Below are positions 28,405 to 40,802 of a DNA stretch of 64,000 bases, piece by piece; within the stretch, counting starts at the first letter, position 1, and each line of letters starts with the position of its first letter. Origin of the DNA: Octopus vulgaris (Eukaryota); contig OX597818.1 of assembly GCA_951406725.2 (NCBI GenBank), forward strand, positions 122,078,001 to 122,142,000. Reading direction: 5' to 3'. The notes under the pieces are model-generated. The model saw only the letters and a list, made by a program, of their open reading frames with translations. It was not told the origin of the DNA and searched no databases. A program made the position numbers and the translations under genes.

Positions 28405-28506
28405 CTGTAGTGTTGGAATGCACTCTGACCGTTGTTTGTTCAGGCGGCTGAGAAATCGTGAAGTTGGTCGGTTCGGTATAATTTTTCAAGAAGGGTAAAT
28501 CGTCAG
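28405..28506 (-). CDS. Internal phase 1-1 exon, copy B2: (A)DDLPFLKNYTEPTNFTISQPPEQTTVRVHSNTT
   Basis: Acceptor T-tract+ATTATTTCTGCAG, donor AG|GTAGAG, 102 nt, open frame, three sequons. Confidence 0.75.
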
Positions 28507-29383
28507 CTGCAGAAATAATAAAAAAAAAACATGGGCCGCGAGGGAATTAGAGATGAATACTGATATGGGGGTAGAATCATCGAATGTATTGGATAGTGAA
28601 AGATCTGAAAATTTCAGTGGAGGATAAAATTAGTGACGAAAGAAGGGAAGGGACTTGGAGGCACCGTACGGCCATCCATTATATCCAGAACTGCTGAGAA
28701 GGGTCCGCTGTGGAAGTGTTAAAAGGAACAGAATAGTTCTTTTTCAGCGTTAAAAAGGACGAACATTAACAAGTCCCCAGGAGGGAAGAAATCGTGAAAT
28801 TAGTGACGAATGAAGGAAGGGATGTGACTCGGAGGCAACGTACGACAAGAGGTAAAAAGAACAGAATGATTCTTTTTTTCAGTGTTAAAAAAGACAGACA
28901 ATAGTACGTCCCCAGAAGGGAAGAAATCGTGAACCGTTGACTGGCGACTTTATATCAATCATTTGGCACTTTTCACGTTCGGTCATAGATATTAGTATTT
29001 GTTACCATAAAAAAGAAGTTTATGACCCATGCTACGATGTAATGGTGGCTGTACTTCAGCTTTTTATTGCTTCTGCATGGTGATACAGGAATACGACGTT
29101 CAAATACAGTTTCATATCCATGCATGTCAATGAAGTTACGATCTAAATCACTATTATTCTTCACAGATATTCTTTGACTGTTTCTTTCATTTTTTTTTTA
29201 TTATTGAAGTATTTCATTATGATTAAAAGAAATTACTGATCAAGGTGGGAAGATGCTCAGAGTGGAATGTTGGTCTGCTCGCCTACCCAGATGAGTAGCA
29301 GCCTCTAAGAAAATAACCTGACGCAATGCGCAGAGTGACCAGCAATGTATAATAACATCGGAGTGACCGGTCGATCAGGTGAT

Positions 29384-29440
<57 letters not shown>

Positions 29441-29458
29441 CATATATACCATATATAC

Positions 29459-29544
<86 letters not shown>

Positions 29545-29695
29545 TTCTTTTACCTGTTTCAGTCAGTTGACTGCGACCGTGCTGCAGCATCACCTTATAC
29601 ACACGTACACACACGCATATACACATACACACACACACACACGCGCACGCACACACACACACACATACACACACACATATATATATGTATATATA

Positions 29696-30927
29696 CGCGG
29701 TCTGATCGATGGGTGTCTTGACTGTTGCCATAGTAACGAAGCTAAAGAACGCAAAGTGAAGCTGCTCGGTAAAGATTGACCTTGAAATCTGCTGTTTGTG
29801 CGCACCAAGTTATACCGTCGTGGCTCACTGTCGTTGTTTGCGGCGGTGCCTGGAATGAAGTTGTGCGGCGTGCGAATGTCGCATTGACAATGACAAAGTT
29901 GTGATGCCGATACCTGCTCAAAGGTGTATGCACTTTTACAGAAAGTGTATGCAGAGTAGTGTATGAGCCGCACGCAAGTGCACGAGTGGTTCAGATGTTT
30001 ACAAGATGGCTGAAAAACGTCGATTTGGACGAAAGTTCATGGAGGCTTGCAACAAGTGGGACAGAGAAAAATATCTGAGAATGCGTGCAGCTCGGAGAGG
30101 AAATCGTCGAATTACTATCCGTGAGTTATCAGAGGATGTGCAGGTTACTTAGTGTTCAGTTCAGTCCATTAACACTGAAGATTTGCGTATGAGACGCGTG
30201 TCTACTAAGCTCGTTGTGTGACGTGCGAACGTCGCATTGACAATGACAAAGTTGTGATGCCGATACCTGCTCAAAAGTGCACGCATTTTTGCAGAAAGTG
30301 TATGGAGAGTAGCGCATGAGTCGCACGCAAGTGTACGAGTGGTTCAGACGTTTACAACATGGCTGAAAAAATGTCGATTTTGACGAAAGTTCATGGAGGC
30401 TTGCAACAAGCGGGACAGAGAAAAAATATCTCAGAATGCGTGCAGCTCGGAGGGGAAATCGTCGAATTACTATCCGTGAGTTATCAGAGGATGTGCAGAT
30501 TACTTAGTGTTCAGTTCAGTCCATTAACACTGAAGATTTGCGTATGAGACGCGTGTCTACTAAGCTCATGCCAAAACTACTTTCTTCTGACCAAAAAGAA
30601 ACCCGGGTTTCAGTTGCACAAGATCTTATTGATTATGTCGAGAACGATGAAAACGTTTTGAAAAGGTTGCGTAGGCGTCTGAGCAGGTATCACCAAGATC
30701 TTGTCAAAATTTGATGCAGATTCTGTTCCCAACTTTCTTTGTCATAGTCAATGTGTCGACCCTACGTTACACACCGTCATTCCAAGCACTGTTGTAAACA
30801 GCAGAAGTGAGTTAGGGCGGTAAAACCTAGAGGGTTTGCACAATAAAGTTCAAGGTCAGTCTGTGCCAAGCGTCTCCACTCTATGTGCTTTAGCTTCGTT
30901 AGTATGGCAACAGTCAATCAGACTACG
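29696..30927 (+). mobile_element. Degenerate mariner element with an internal ~353-bp tandem duplication
   Basis: TA-flanked; TIR core gactgttgccatagtaacgaagctaaag / ctttagcttcgttagtatggcaacagtc; relic peptide LQKVYGE..MSRTQVYEWFRR (mariner N-terminal HTH); duplication 29861-30213 / 30214-30568. Confidence 0.85.
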
Positions 30928-31411
30928 TATATACATGCACACACAAACACACATAGTAAATTTAAATAAACAAACAGTTGAAATAAACGAATAAAAACGT
31001 ATAACAGGAGCACATGCATAAGAAATGTGTAAGCTTGGCGCTTGGTAAAGGAGAGAGTTTGACGTTTCGATCAAGACTCTTCGTTAGAAAGAAGGGAAAA
31101 GTCCGAAGAAAGAACTGAAATCGACCATTACAACGTGTATTTATATACGTGTGTGTGTGTGCGTGTGTGTGTGTTTGTCTGTATGCATGTATGTATATAT
31201 TGATATATACATGCAAGTATGCATGTATATAAATGAATATAAATATAATATAATAAACATAATGGCTGTGTGGTAAGAAGTTTACTTACCAACCACATGG
31301 GGCCGGGTTCAATCCCACATCGTGACATCTTGTGTATGTGTTTTGTACTGTTGTCTTGGGCTGGCCAAAGAGTTGTGAGCTTATTTGCAAGACGGAAACC
31401 GAAAGAAGCTC

Positions 31412-31456
<45 letters not shown>

Positions 31457-32037
31457 CAGTGTGTGTGTGTGTGTGTGTGTATCTATATCTATATGGAGAG
31501 AGAGAGAGAGTGAGAGAGAAAGTGAGAGAGAGGGAGAGAGGGAACAAAGTGATAGAGAGAGCGATAATATAAGTGAAGACGAATATAAAAATTGAAAATT
31601 GAATGAACTAAAAGAAATTACTCTTCTCCTCGGCTTCACCACCTACACCACCACCACAAACAGCAACATCAACACCACCACCACCAACAACAACAAGCCA
31701 TTAATGCAAACACGAAGTGTCGGATTTATAGAGCCAAGGAAAAGTGATTCGGAAGATGTAGAGTACTTCTATACAACTTAATAAAAGTTGCCATTGCATG
31801 AATGACAATGTACCTGGTGACGCCGGTGTGTCTTCAGTTAGCTGTCAAAACGATGTCCCTTCTCTGCCTCTGCTCTTTCAAGGTAACTCGGTGTGTGTAT
31901 ATAATTTCTACATCTAGTAATACCTCAAGAAATCCAGTGAATCAATTAAAGGTGGATTTGTTTCAGTTCCATCTCTATTTCTTTCACTGTCGTTCATTCA
32001 GGTGTGCCAAATGTATGTATGTATGTATGTATGTATA

Positions 32038-32240
32038 TTTCTTTATTGACCACAGGGGGCTAAACAAATTGGGGACAAACAAGGACAGACAAGGGGATTA
32101 AGTCAATTATATCGTCCCGAGTGACTTACTGGTACTTATTTAATCGAACCCGAAAGGATGAAAGGCAAAGTCGACCTCGGCGGAATTTGAACGCAGATCG
32201 TAACGGCAGTCGAAATACTGCTAGGCATTTCGTCCGGCGT
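32038..32240 (-). mobile_element. Family-3 SINE
   Basis: Reverse complement of the family-3 body and tail; absent at the equivalent position of units U1 and U5. Confidence 0.85.
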
Positions 32241-32648
32241 TTGTATGTATTTATGTATGTATGTATGTATCTCTCTCTCTCCTTTTCGCTCCCCCTCTCT
32301 CCTTTTTGCTCCCCCTCTCTCCTTTTCGCTCCCCCTCTCTCTCTCTCTATGTATGTTTATGTATTTGCAAAGTTATTTATATATGTATGTATGTATGCAC
32401 GTGAACATATCTAACATTTAGAGGGTTGTTTATAGAAGGAAAAAGCGTGAGAATCGATATAAATGCGTAGATAAATACATGCGTATAAAAATACACTTCG
32501 GCACGCAGACACGCACACACATAGGAATTGGCATAGGCTTTCTGTAGGAAAATAGATCCTCGTAAGTGTGTGTGGTCGTCCGTTTCTCCATTGAGTTATG
32601 TCTATTAGTATTCATCTAAGGCTTGTTCTCAATGTGTTAGCGTTCTAT

Positions 32649-32680
<32 letters not shown>

Positions 32681-32836
32681 GTCTCCCTCTTTCTCCTCCC
32701 TCACTCTCTCCCTCTTTCTCTCTCTGTCTCGCTATCTCTTTATGTATCAGTTTTTTAGCACGCCCGTCCCTACCTTCGTCCGTATCTGTATCCATTATAG
32801 AAATATATACATGGAACTACCTAAACATACTTATGT

Positions 32837-32898
<62 letters not shown>

Positions 32899-33080
32899 GA
32901 ATGTACGTAAATACTTCCTACCTACATACTTATAAGCATTCATACTTATGTACACACATTCATACTTACACACTCTTGTACCTGTATTCAGAAATAGACA
33001 GAGCAGATTTGCAGTCAGTTTATATAAGCAGGATACATTCCATAAGAGATTTGACAGTTTAGAAATATTTATCTCTCTAC

Positions 33081-33182
33081 CTATAGTGTTGGAAGGGACT
33101 CTGACCGTTGTCCGTTCAGGCGGTTGTGCATTAGTGAAGTTGGCCAGTTTGGTATCGTTTCTCAAGAATGGAATATCGTCAG
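33081..33182 (-). CDS. Internal phase 1-1 exon, copy B3: (A)DDIPFLRNDTKLANFTNAQPPERTTVRVPSNTI
   Basis: Acceptor TTTTTTCTTATTATTTCTGCAG, donor AG|GTAGAG, 102 nt, open frame. Confidence 0.75.
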
Positions 33183-33510
33183 CTGCAGAAATAATAAGAA
33201 AAAAATGGGCCGCGAAGGAATTAGAGATGAATACTGATATAGGTGTGCAATCATTAGATGTACTGGATAGTGTGAGATCTGAAAATTTCAGTGGAGAACA
33301 AAATTAGTGACGAATGAAGAAAGGGAGGTGACTCCGAGGCAACGTACAACAAGAGTTAAAAAGAATAAAATGATTATTTTTCCAGTGTTAAAAAGGACAG
33401 ACAATAGCACGTCCCCAGGAGGGAAGGAATTGTGAACCATTGAGAAGCGACATTATATCAATTGTTAGGTCCTTTCATTTGCGTTCGGTCTTGGATATTT
33501 ATATTTGTTA

Positions 33511-33887
33511 TCTCTCTCTATATATAAACCGCAGTTTGTCTGTCTGTGTGTCTGTCAGGTTGTACCCTCACCCTGACCACGGCTTTCAACCGATTCTGAT
33601 GAAACTTGACACACACATAGCCCAATGTCATAATTCAAAACTAACGCAACGAAAATTTTGAAAAGTTTCCCCAGTTCTGAAAAAAATCGATAAATTCGAC
33701 ATGGGGTCGAGAATCAGAAACACAAACCACAGACTGTCTAGGGGACGCAACTCAACCTTTTTAACTCTCAAAAAAAATTTACCATCGTTTTTTTTCCATT
33801 TTTTGCTATTTTTTGGCTATAACTCTCTAAAAATGCTTTATAGTTATTTCCCTTACAAACCCGAGCAACGCCGGGCGATACTGCTAG
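33511..33887 (+). mobile_element. Non-autonomous Helitron-like element
   Basis: TC...hairpin...CTAG between A and T with no TSD; paralogous empty site in U2 (atttgtta|ccataaaaaagaagtttatg). Confidence 0.88.
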
Positions 33888-34267
33888 TCATAAATAAGAA
33901 GTCTATGATCCATGCTACGATGATGTGGCGGCCGTTCTTCAGCTTTTTATTGCCCTTACAAGATTATACAGGTGTACGGCATTCAATTACAGTTTCATAT
34001 CCATATATGTCAATGAAGTGACGCTCTGAATCACTATTTTTCTCCATAGATATTCTTTGACTGTTTCTCTCCTCTATTTATTACTGAATCATATCACTAT
34101 CATAAAAACAAATTGCTGATCAGGGTGACATGATGCTCACGGTTGAATGTTGGTCTGCTCGGTAATTCAGTGGAGTAACATACTTTAGAATGTATCACGA
34201 CGCAATGCGCATTGTGATCACTAATATATAAGAACATCGGATTGACCGGTCGATCACATGATCACAA

Positions 34268-34307
<40 letters not shown>

Positions 34308-34367
34308 TTTTATGTGTTTCAGTCATTTGTCTGTGGCATGTTGGAGCATCATCTATATATATATATC

Positions 34368-34671
34368 ACACGTGATCACGTGACCGACCAGACCATCAGA
34401 TGTTGCTACACATCGCTGGTCACAATGCGTTCGCATTGTTTTAGCCTTCGAATGACGCCACCCCGCTGGCTAAGCGAGCAGGCCAACAGAAGAAAGAGTG
34501 AGAGGAGGAGTGGTGAAAGAGTACAGCAGGGATCACCACCCCCTGCCGGTGCGTCGTGGAGTCTTTAGGTGTATTCGCTCAATAAACACACACAACGCCC
34601 GGTCTGGGAATCGAAACCGCGATCCTACGACCGCGAGTCCGCTGCCCTAACCGCTGGGCCATTGCGCCTCC
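34368..34671 (-). mobile_element. Family-1 SINE variant with CACGTGATCACGTG tail, embedded in (TA)n
   Basis: Same tRNA-like head as 1568, different 3' half; matches 55787-55969. Confidence 0.88.
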
Positions 34672-34738
<67 letters not shown>

Positions 34739-34740
<2 letters not shown>

Positions 34741-35544
34741 AAGTCTGATCAATGGGTGTCCGGACTGTTGCCATAGTAACGAAAAGTAAAACTACTTGGA
34801 AAGACTGACCTTGAACTCTGCTGCGAATGCACACTAAATTTTACCGTCGTAGCTCACTTTAGTGGTAGGAAGGTAGGTGTGTGGCGTTCGATCAGTGTTG
34901 TGATAGCGATACCTGCTCAGAGGTGAACGCAGTTTTGCAGAAAGTGTATGGAGAGCAGTGTATGAACCGCACTCAAGTGTCCGAGTAGTTCCGATGTTAC
35001 CTAGATGGCCGAAAAAATATCGATTCTGAGCAAAGTTCTTGGAGGCCTGCAACCAACACAACTGATAAAAATATCGCAGAATGCATGCAGCTCTGAGGGG
35101 AAATCGTTGAATCACCCTCAGTGAGTTATCAGAAGAAGTGCAGATTATTTACGGTTCAGTTCAGTCTATTAACACTAAAGATTTGTGTATGAGACGCGTG
35201 TCCGCCAAAATTGTGCCAAAACTGTTTCTGCTGACCAAAAAGAGACTCGGGTTTCAGTTTCACGAGATCTCCTTAATTATGTCGAGAACGATGAAAACGT
35301 TTCGTAGCCCTTTGAGCAGGTATCATCACGATCTTGTCAAAATTTGATGCAGATTCTATTCTCAACTTTCGCTGTCATAGTCAATGCACCGACCATACGT
35401 TACACACCGTCATTCCAAGCACTGTTGTAAACAGCGGAAGTGAGTTAGGATGGTAAACCTTAGCGCGTTTGCACATCAGATTTCAAGGTCAGTCTGTGCT
35501 AAGCGACGTCATTTTTCATGCTTTAGCTTCGTTGCTAAGGCAAC
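34739..35544 (+). mobile_element. Degenerate mariner, paralog of 29696-30927
   Basis: Same TIR core and coding relic, same relative position within the duplicated unit. Confidence 0.82.
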
Positions 35545-35740
35545 GTACTAAGGCAGTGTACAACCATCCACTATATCCAGAAGCGATGAGAAGAGGTCAC
35601 TGTGGAAATGTTAAAAACAACAGAATGAGAAGTCTATAAAATGTCTCCCAGAGGGAAGAAATTGTGAACTGTTGACTAGCGACTTTATGTCAAGCAATTG
35701 TTTGGTCCTTCCTTTTACGTGTGCTTATTCATCAGACCAC

Positions 35741-35783
<43 letters not shown>

Positions 35784-36081
35784 TTTTGCAAAAAGAAAAA
35801 AAGAAACTACACGTGGAAATGTAAGGGGAAAGTAAGAAGAAAAAAAAGCGAAAATGCACATTGGAATTCAAAAAAAGTAAAGGCTTTTCATGAAAGGTAA
35901 TGATAGATATGTACAGTTTTTGAACTGAGGTAGGAATAAAAGTAATAAAAGTCATTACTGTGAAATTTTAAAGAGATTCAAAAGCATACCGGTTTCGTGA
36001 ATTGACTAACCATTGCCTTGAATGCTCACCGATTAATGAATGGTGTCAGGTCTACTTGTCCTGAGTAAAACGATTATGTGT

Positions 36082-36153
<72 letters not shown>

Positions 36154-36470
36154 TAAATAAACAGTTGAAATAAACGAATAAAAACGGATAACATGAGCAC
36201 ATGCATAAGAAATGTAAAAGTTTGACGCTCGGTAAAGGGAGAGTTTGACGTTTCTAGTATGGCTCTTCGTCCGAAAATAGAAATGGAAGTGTCCAAAGAG
36301 GGACAGAAATCGACAGTGTTTTTATACGTGTGTGTATATATGAGTGTGTTTGTGTGTGTCTATGTGTGTGCGTTTGTGTGTGTATGTGTGTGTACATGTA
36401 TATATGTATATTGATATACACTTGCAAGTATATATGTATATATATGAATATATATAAATATAATATACAT

Positions 36471-36622
36471 AGTGGCTGTGTGGTAAGAAGATTGCTTCCC
36501 AACCACTTTTTCCCGGGTTCAGTCCCACTGCGTGGCATCTTGTACATGTGCCTTCTACTATAGCCTCGGGCCGACCAAAGCCACGTTAGAGGGTTTGGTA
36601 GACGAAAACCGAAAGAAGCCCG

Positions 36623-36683
<61 letters not shown>

Positions 36684-36899
36684 TGCATTTGTGTATTTGT
36701 GTTTGTGCCCTCACCATCGCTTGGCAACCGATGGTGATGTTTGTTTACGTCCCCGCAATAAGCGGTTCGGTAAAGTGACCGATAGATTAAGGCTGAGAAA
36801 GAAAAAGACCTAGGGGTCGATATGTTCGACTAAAGGCGGGGCTCCAGCATAGCCGCAGTCAAATGACTTAAATAAGCAAACGTATAAGAGAATAAAAGA
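36471..36899 (+). mobile_element. Diverged family-2 SINE (paralogous partial copy at ~31262-31410)
   Basis: gtggctgtgtggtaag...gggttcagtcccactgcgtggc head and gccgcagtcaaatgact tail. Confidence 0.82.
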
Positions 36900-37286
36900 T
36901 TATTCCATGTTTCATTCACCAGTATGCGGCCTAGCGGGGCTACGCGTTATATATTTATATCTATGTAGATGCGTATATAGCTAAAGAGAGAGAGAGAATG
37001 AGAAAAGGAGGGGAGGAGAGAGAGAGGGAACAGTGTGATAGGGAGAGAGATAATATAAGCGAAGACGAATATAAAATTTGAAAATTGAGTATACTGAAAA
37101 GAAATTACTCTTCTCCTCGCCGTCACCACCACCACCACCATACATACACACTCTTGTACATATATTCATGCTTACATACTCTTGTACATATATTCAGAAA
37201 TAGGCACCATAGATTTGCAGTCAGTTTATGAAAGCAGGATACATTCCGTAAGAGATTTGATTTCTTAGAAATATTTATCTCTCTAC

Positions 37287-37388
37287 CTTTAGTGTCGGAA
37301 GGGACTCCGACTGTTGTCCGTACAGGCGGTTGAGAAATCGTGAAGTTTATCAGTTTGGCGTCGTCTTTCAAGACGGGTAAATCGTTAG
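37287..37388 (-). CDS. Internal phase 1-1 exon, copy B4: (A)NDLPVLKDDAKLINFTISQPPVRTTVGVPSDTK
   Basis: Acceptor T-tract+ATTTCTGCAG, donor AG|GTAGAG, 102 nt, open frame. Confidence 0.72.
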
Positions 37389-37752
37389 CTGCAGAAATAA
37401 AAAAAAATAGAAAAGTGCCGCATGGGATTTAGAGGTGAATAACGATAAGCGGTGAAATCAATGGATGTATTGCACAATGTGAGATCTGAAAACTTTAATG
37501 GAGGACAAAATTAGTGGCGAGAGAAGGAAAGACAAGTGAGTCAGAGACAATGTTATGTTCAACCATCCACTATATCCAGAAGCGATGAGAAGAGGACACT
37601 GTGGAAATGTTAAAAAGAACAAAATGAGAAGTCTATAGCATGTCTCCCGGAGAGAAGAAATTGTGAACTGTTGACCAGCGACTTTATGCCAACCAATTGT
37701 TTGGTCATATCTTTTGCATTCGGTCTTGGATATTTTTTATTTGTTAAAATAA

Positions 37753-37925
37753 GTTTCTTTATTGGCCACACAGGGCTGCACACAGATGGGACAAGTTACA
37801 AGGTAGAGCTTTTCTTTTGGGAGATGAAAAAAACAAAAAACAAAAGAAACAAAAAAAAGGGGTGGCGTAGGTTTTCGATCAAGAGGGATCGTAAAAGGGA
37901 AGAAAAGAACAAAAAAAAATAAAAT
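37753..37925 (-). mobile_element. LINE-like 3' end fragment
   Basis: Reverse complement of 26200-26373. Confidence 0.75.
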
Positions 37926-38279
37926 TAAAAAAAAAATTTTTTTTAATAACTATGTAGTCTATGACGCTGTAGCGGCTGTACTTCAGCTTTTTATTGCTTC
38001 TACATGATTAAACAGGAATACAACGATCAAATATGGTTTCATGTCAATGGAGCCATGCTCTAAATCACTATTGTCTTCATGCATATTGTTTGACGGTTTC
38101 TCTTTTCCGTAAAAAGATTTTACCAACATTGCTGATCAGGGTAGAATGATGTTGAGCGGGTAATTTTGATCAGCTCGTTTAACCAGCGAAAAAAACATCG
38201 TTTAGAAACTAACATGACGTAAAACGCATTGTGACCAGCAATGTAAAACAACATCGGATAGTCCGGTCGATCACGTAAT

Positions 38280-38317
<38 letters not shown>

Positions 38318-38343
38318 CCAATATAAATATACAAACTGTTGAA

Positions 38344-38378
<35 letters not shown>

Positions 38379-38492
38379 GAGAGACAGAGAGAGAAAGATT
38401 GAATAAGAGAATACGAATAAAAGTTGAAAGATGAGTTTATTCAAAAGTAATAACTATTCTCCCCCTCCTCCTCCACCATCACCACCACCACC

Positions 38493-38524
<32 letters not shown>

Positions 38525-38623
38525 CAACAACAACAGCATCAACACCACCACCAACAAACAAGCACGAAGAGCCGGGATAATAGAGAAAAGGAAAAGTGAT
38601 TTGGAGGATGTTGAGAGCATCTA

Positions 38624-39392
38624 CAGAGTCACTCAAAAGTCTCCATACATAGGAATTTTTTTATGGAAAACAGTTTATAAGATCCTCTAGATCCCCTGAA
38701 CTGACCCGTTTTAATTTCTGTCTTTGGGAGCATTTGAAAGGCAAGGTGTATCGCGGAAAGATAAAAAAAACATAGATCATTCGAAGGGACGCATCACCAA
38801 CTCATTTGCACACGTATCACCAGATGTGCTATTGGGGGAAGCACTCCGTCGGTTACGACGACGAGGGTTCCGGTTGATCCGAATCAACGGAACAGCCTGC
38901 TCGTGAAATTAACGTGTAAGTGGCTGAGAACTCCACAGACACGTGTACCCTTAACGTAGTTCTCGGGGATATTCAGCGTGACACAGAGAGTGACAAGGCC
39001 GGCCCTTGAAATACAGGTACAACAGAAACAGGAAGTAAGAGTGAGAGAAAGTTGTGGTGAAAGAGTACAGCAGGGATCACCACCATCCCCTGCCGGAGCC
39101 TCGTGGAGCTTTAGGTGTTTTCGCTCAATAAACACTCACAACGCCCGGTCTGGGAATCGAAACCGCGATCCTATGACCGCGAGTCCGCTGCCCTAACCAC
39201 TGGGCCATTGCGCCTCCTTGATGTGCTATTACGAGGAGTTGACAATGAGTTGGATAAACGTATTGCAATGTGCATTCAAAACAATGGCAACCATATTGAG
39301 CCCGTTAATTAAATAAAAAAACTGTTCTTATAAACTGTTTTCTTATTAAAAGATAAATTGTTTCTATGCATGGCGACTTTTTAATTACTCTG
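38624..39392 (+). mobile_element. Internally deleted Tc1/mariner-superfamily element (possibly DD37D/maT-like) with a nested SINE
   Basis: TA|CAGAGTCACTCAAAAGTCTCCATACATAG ... CTATGCATGGCGACTTTTTAATTACTCTG TIRs; C-terminal transposase relic RSPELTRFNFCLWEHLKGKVYR...ELDKRIAMCIQNNGNHIE; empty site in U1 (gagagcatcta|tgtaac). Confidence 0.8.
38838..39217 (-). mobile_element. Full-length family-1 SINE nested in the Tc1/mariner relic
   Basis: TSD GATGTGCTATT at 38823-38833 and 39220-39230; near-identical to 1568-1946. Confidence 0.93.
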
Positions 39393-39702
39393 CATATAAG
39401 ATTATAAAGGCTGCTCTTGCTTGAATGGCAATGTACCTGATGACTGAGATGTGTTTTCATTGAGCTGTCAAAAGGTAATGCCTTTTCTGGCTCCGCTCTA
39501 TTAAGGCAACTTGGCTCGGTGTGTGTGTGTATAATTTATACAACTAGTAATACCTCAAGAAATGCAATGAATCAATTACAGGTGTGCCAACGTCTATGCG
39601 TGCGTGTATTTATGGTTGTGTGCATGCATGTATGCATGTATTCATATATGTATGCATACCTGCATGTATGTATGTATGTATGCAAGTATGTATGCATGTA
39701 TG

Positions 39703-39741
<39 letters not shown>

Positions 39742-40091
39742 AAAATATCTACAGAAATGTATGTATATATATATGTATATATATATGTATATGTGATATA
39801 TATACACATATATATACATATACATATGTATGTGTTTATATATACGTAGGTATGCACATGTACATACCTACGTTTAGAGGCATCTTTATAGAGGGAAGAA
39901 GCGTGAGAATCGATATACATGCGTAGATAATTACATGCGTTTAAACATACATTTACACACGCAGACACGCACACACATGGGGGGTAGACATAGACTTCCT
40001 GTGGGAAAATAGATTCTCGTTGGTGTGTGAGGTCATCCGTTTCTCCATTCAGTTACGTCTATCAGGATTCATCTATGGCTTGTTCTGAATG

Positions 40092-40150
<59 letters not shown>

Positions 40151-40263
40151 CATTCATCCATCCATCCATCCATCCATCCATCCATCCATCTATCTATCCA
40201 TTCATCCATCCATCCATCCATCAATCCATCCATCCATCCATCCATCCATCCATCCATCCATCC

Positions 40264-40301
<38 letters not shown>

Positions 40302-40802
40302 ATATCTATCTATCTATCTATCTATCTATTTATCTCTCTCTCTTTCCCTCTCTCTCACTATCTATCTAGTTATCTACGTTTTCTACGTTCTCTTCCTTTG
40401 TCTCTTTCTCTTCCCCCCTCTCTCTTCCTCTAGTTATCTGCTTATGTCTCACTCTCTAAGATGTCTATCCCAGTCTTTAAGCGTATCTTTATCCATTATA
40501 CAAAACATAGTTTCGAACTTTGATATATTCATAGAACTACATAAGCATATTTATGTCAACACACACACACACACACATATATATATACACACACACAGTT
40601 ACGTACTTGTGTAAGTAAATATGTACGCACTTACCTACCTACCAACCTTACTGACAAGCATTCATACGTTCGTACACACATTCAGACTTACACACCCTTG
40701 TACAAATATTCAGAAATAGACATAGTAGTTTTGCAATCAGCTTATTAAACCAGGATACATTCCTTAAGAGATTTGATTTGTTAGAAATATTGATCTCTCT
40801 AC

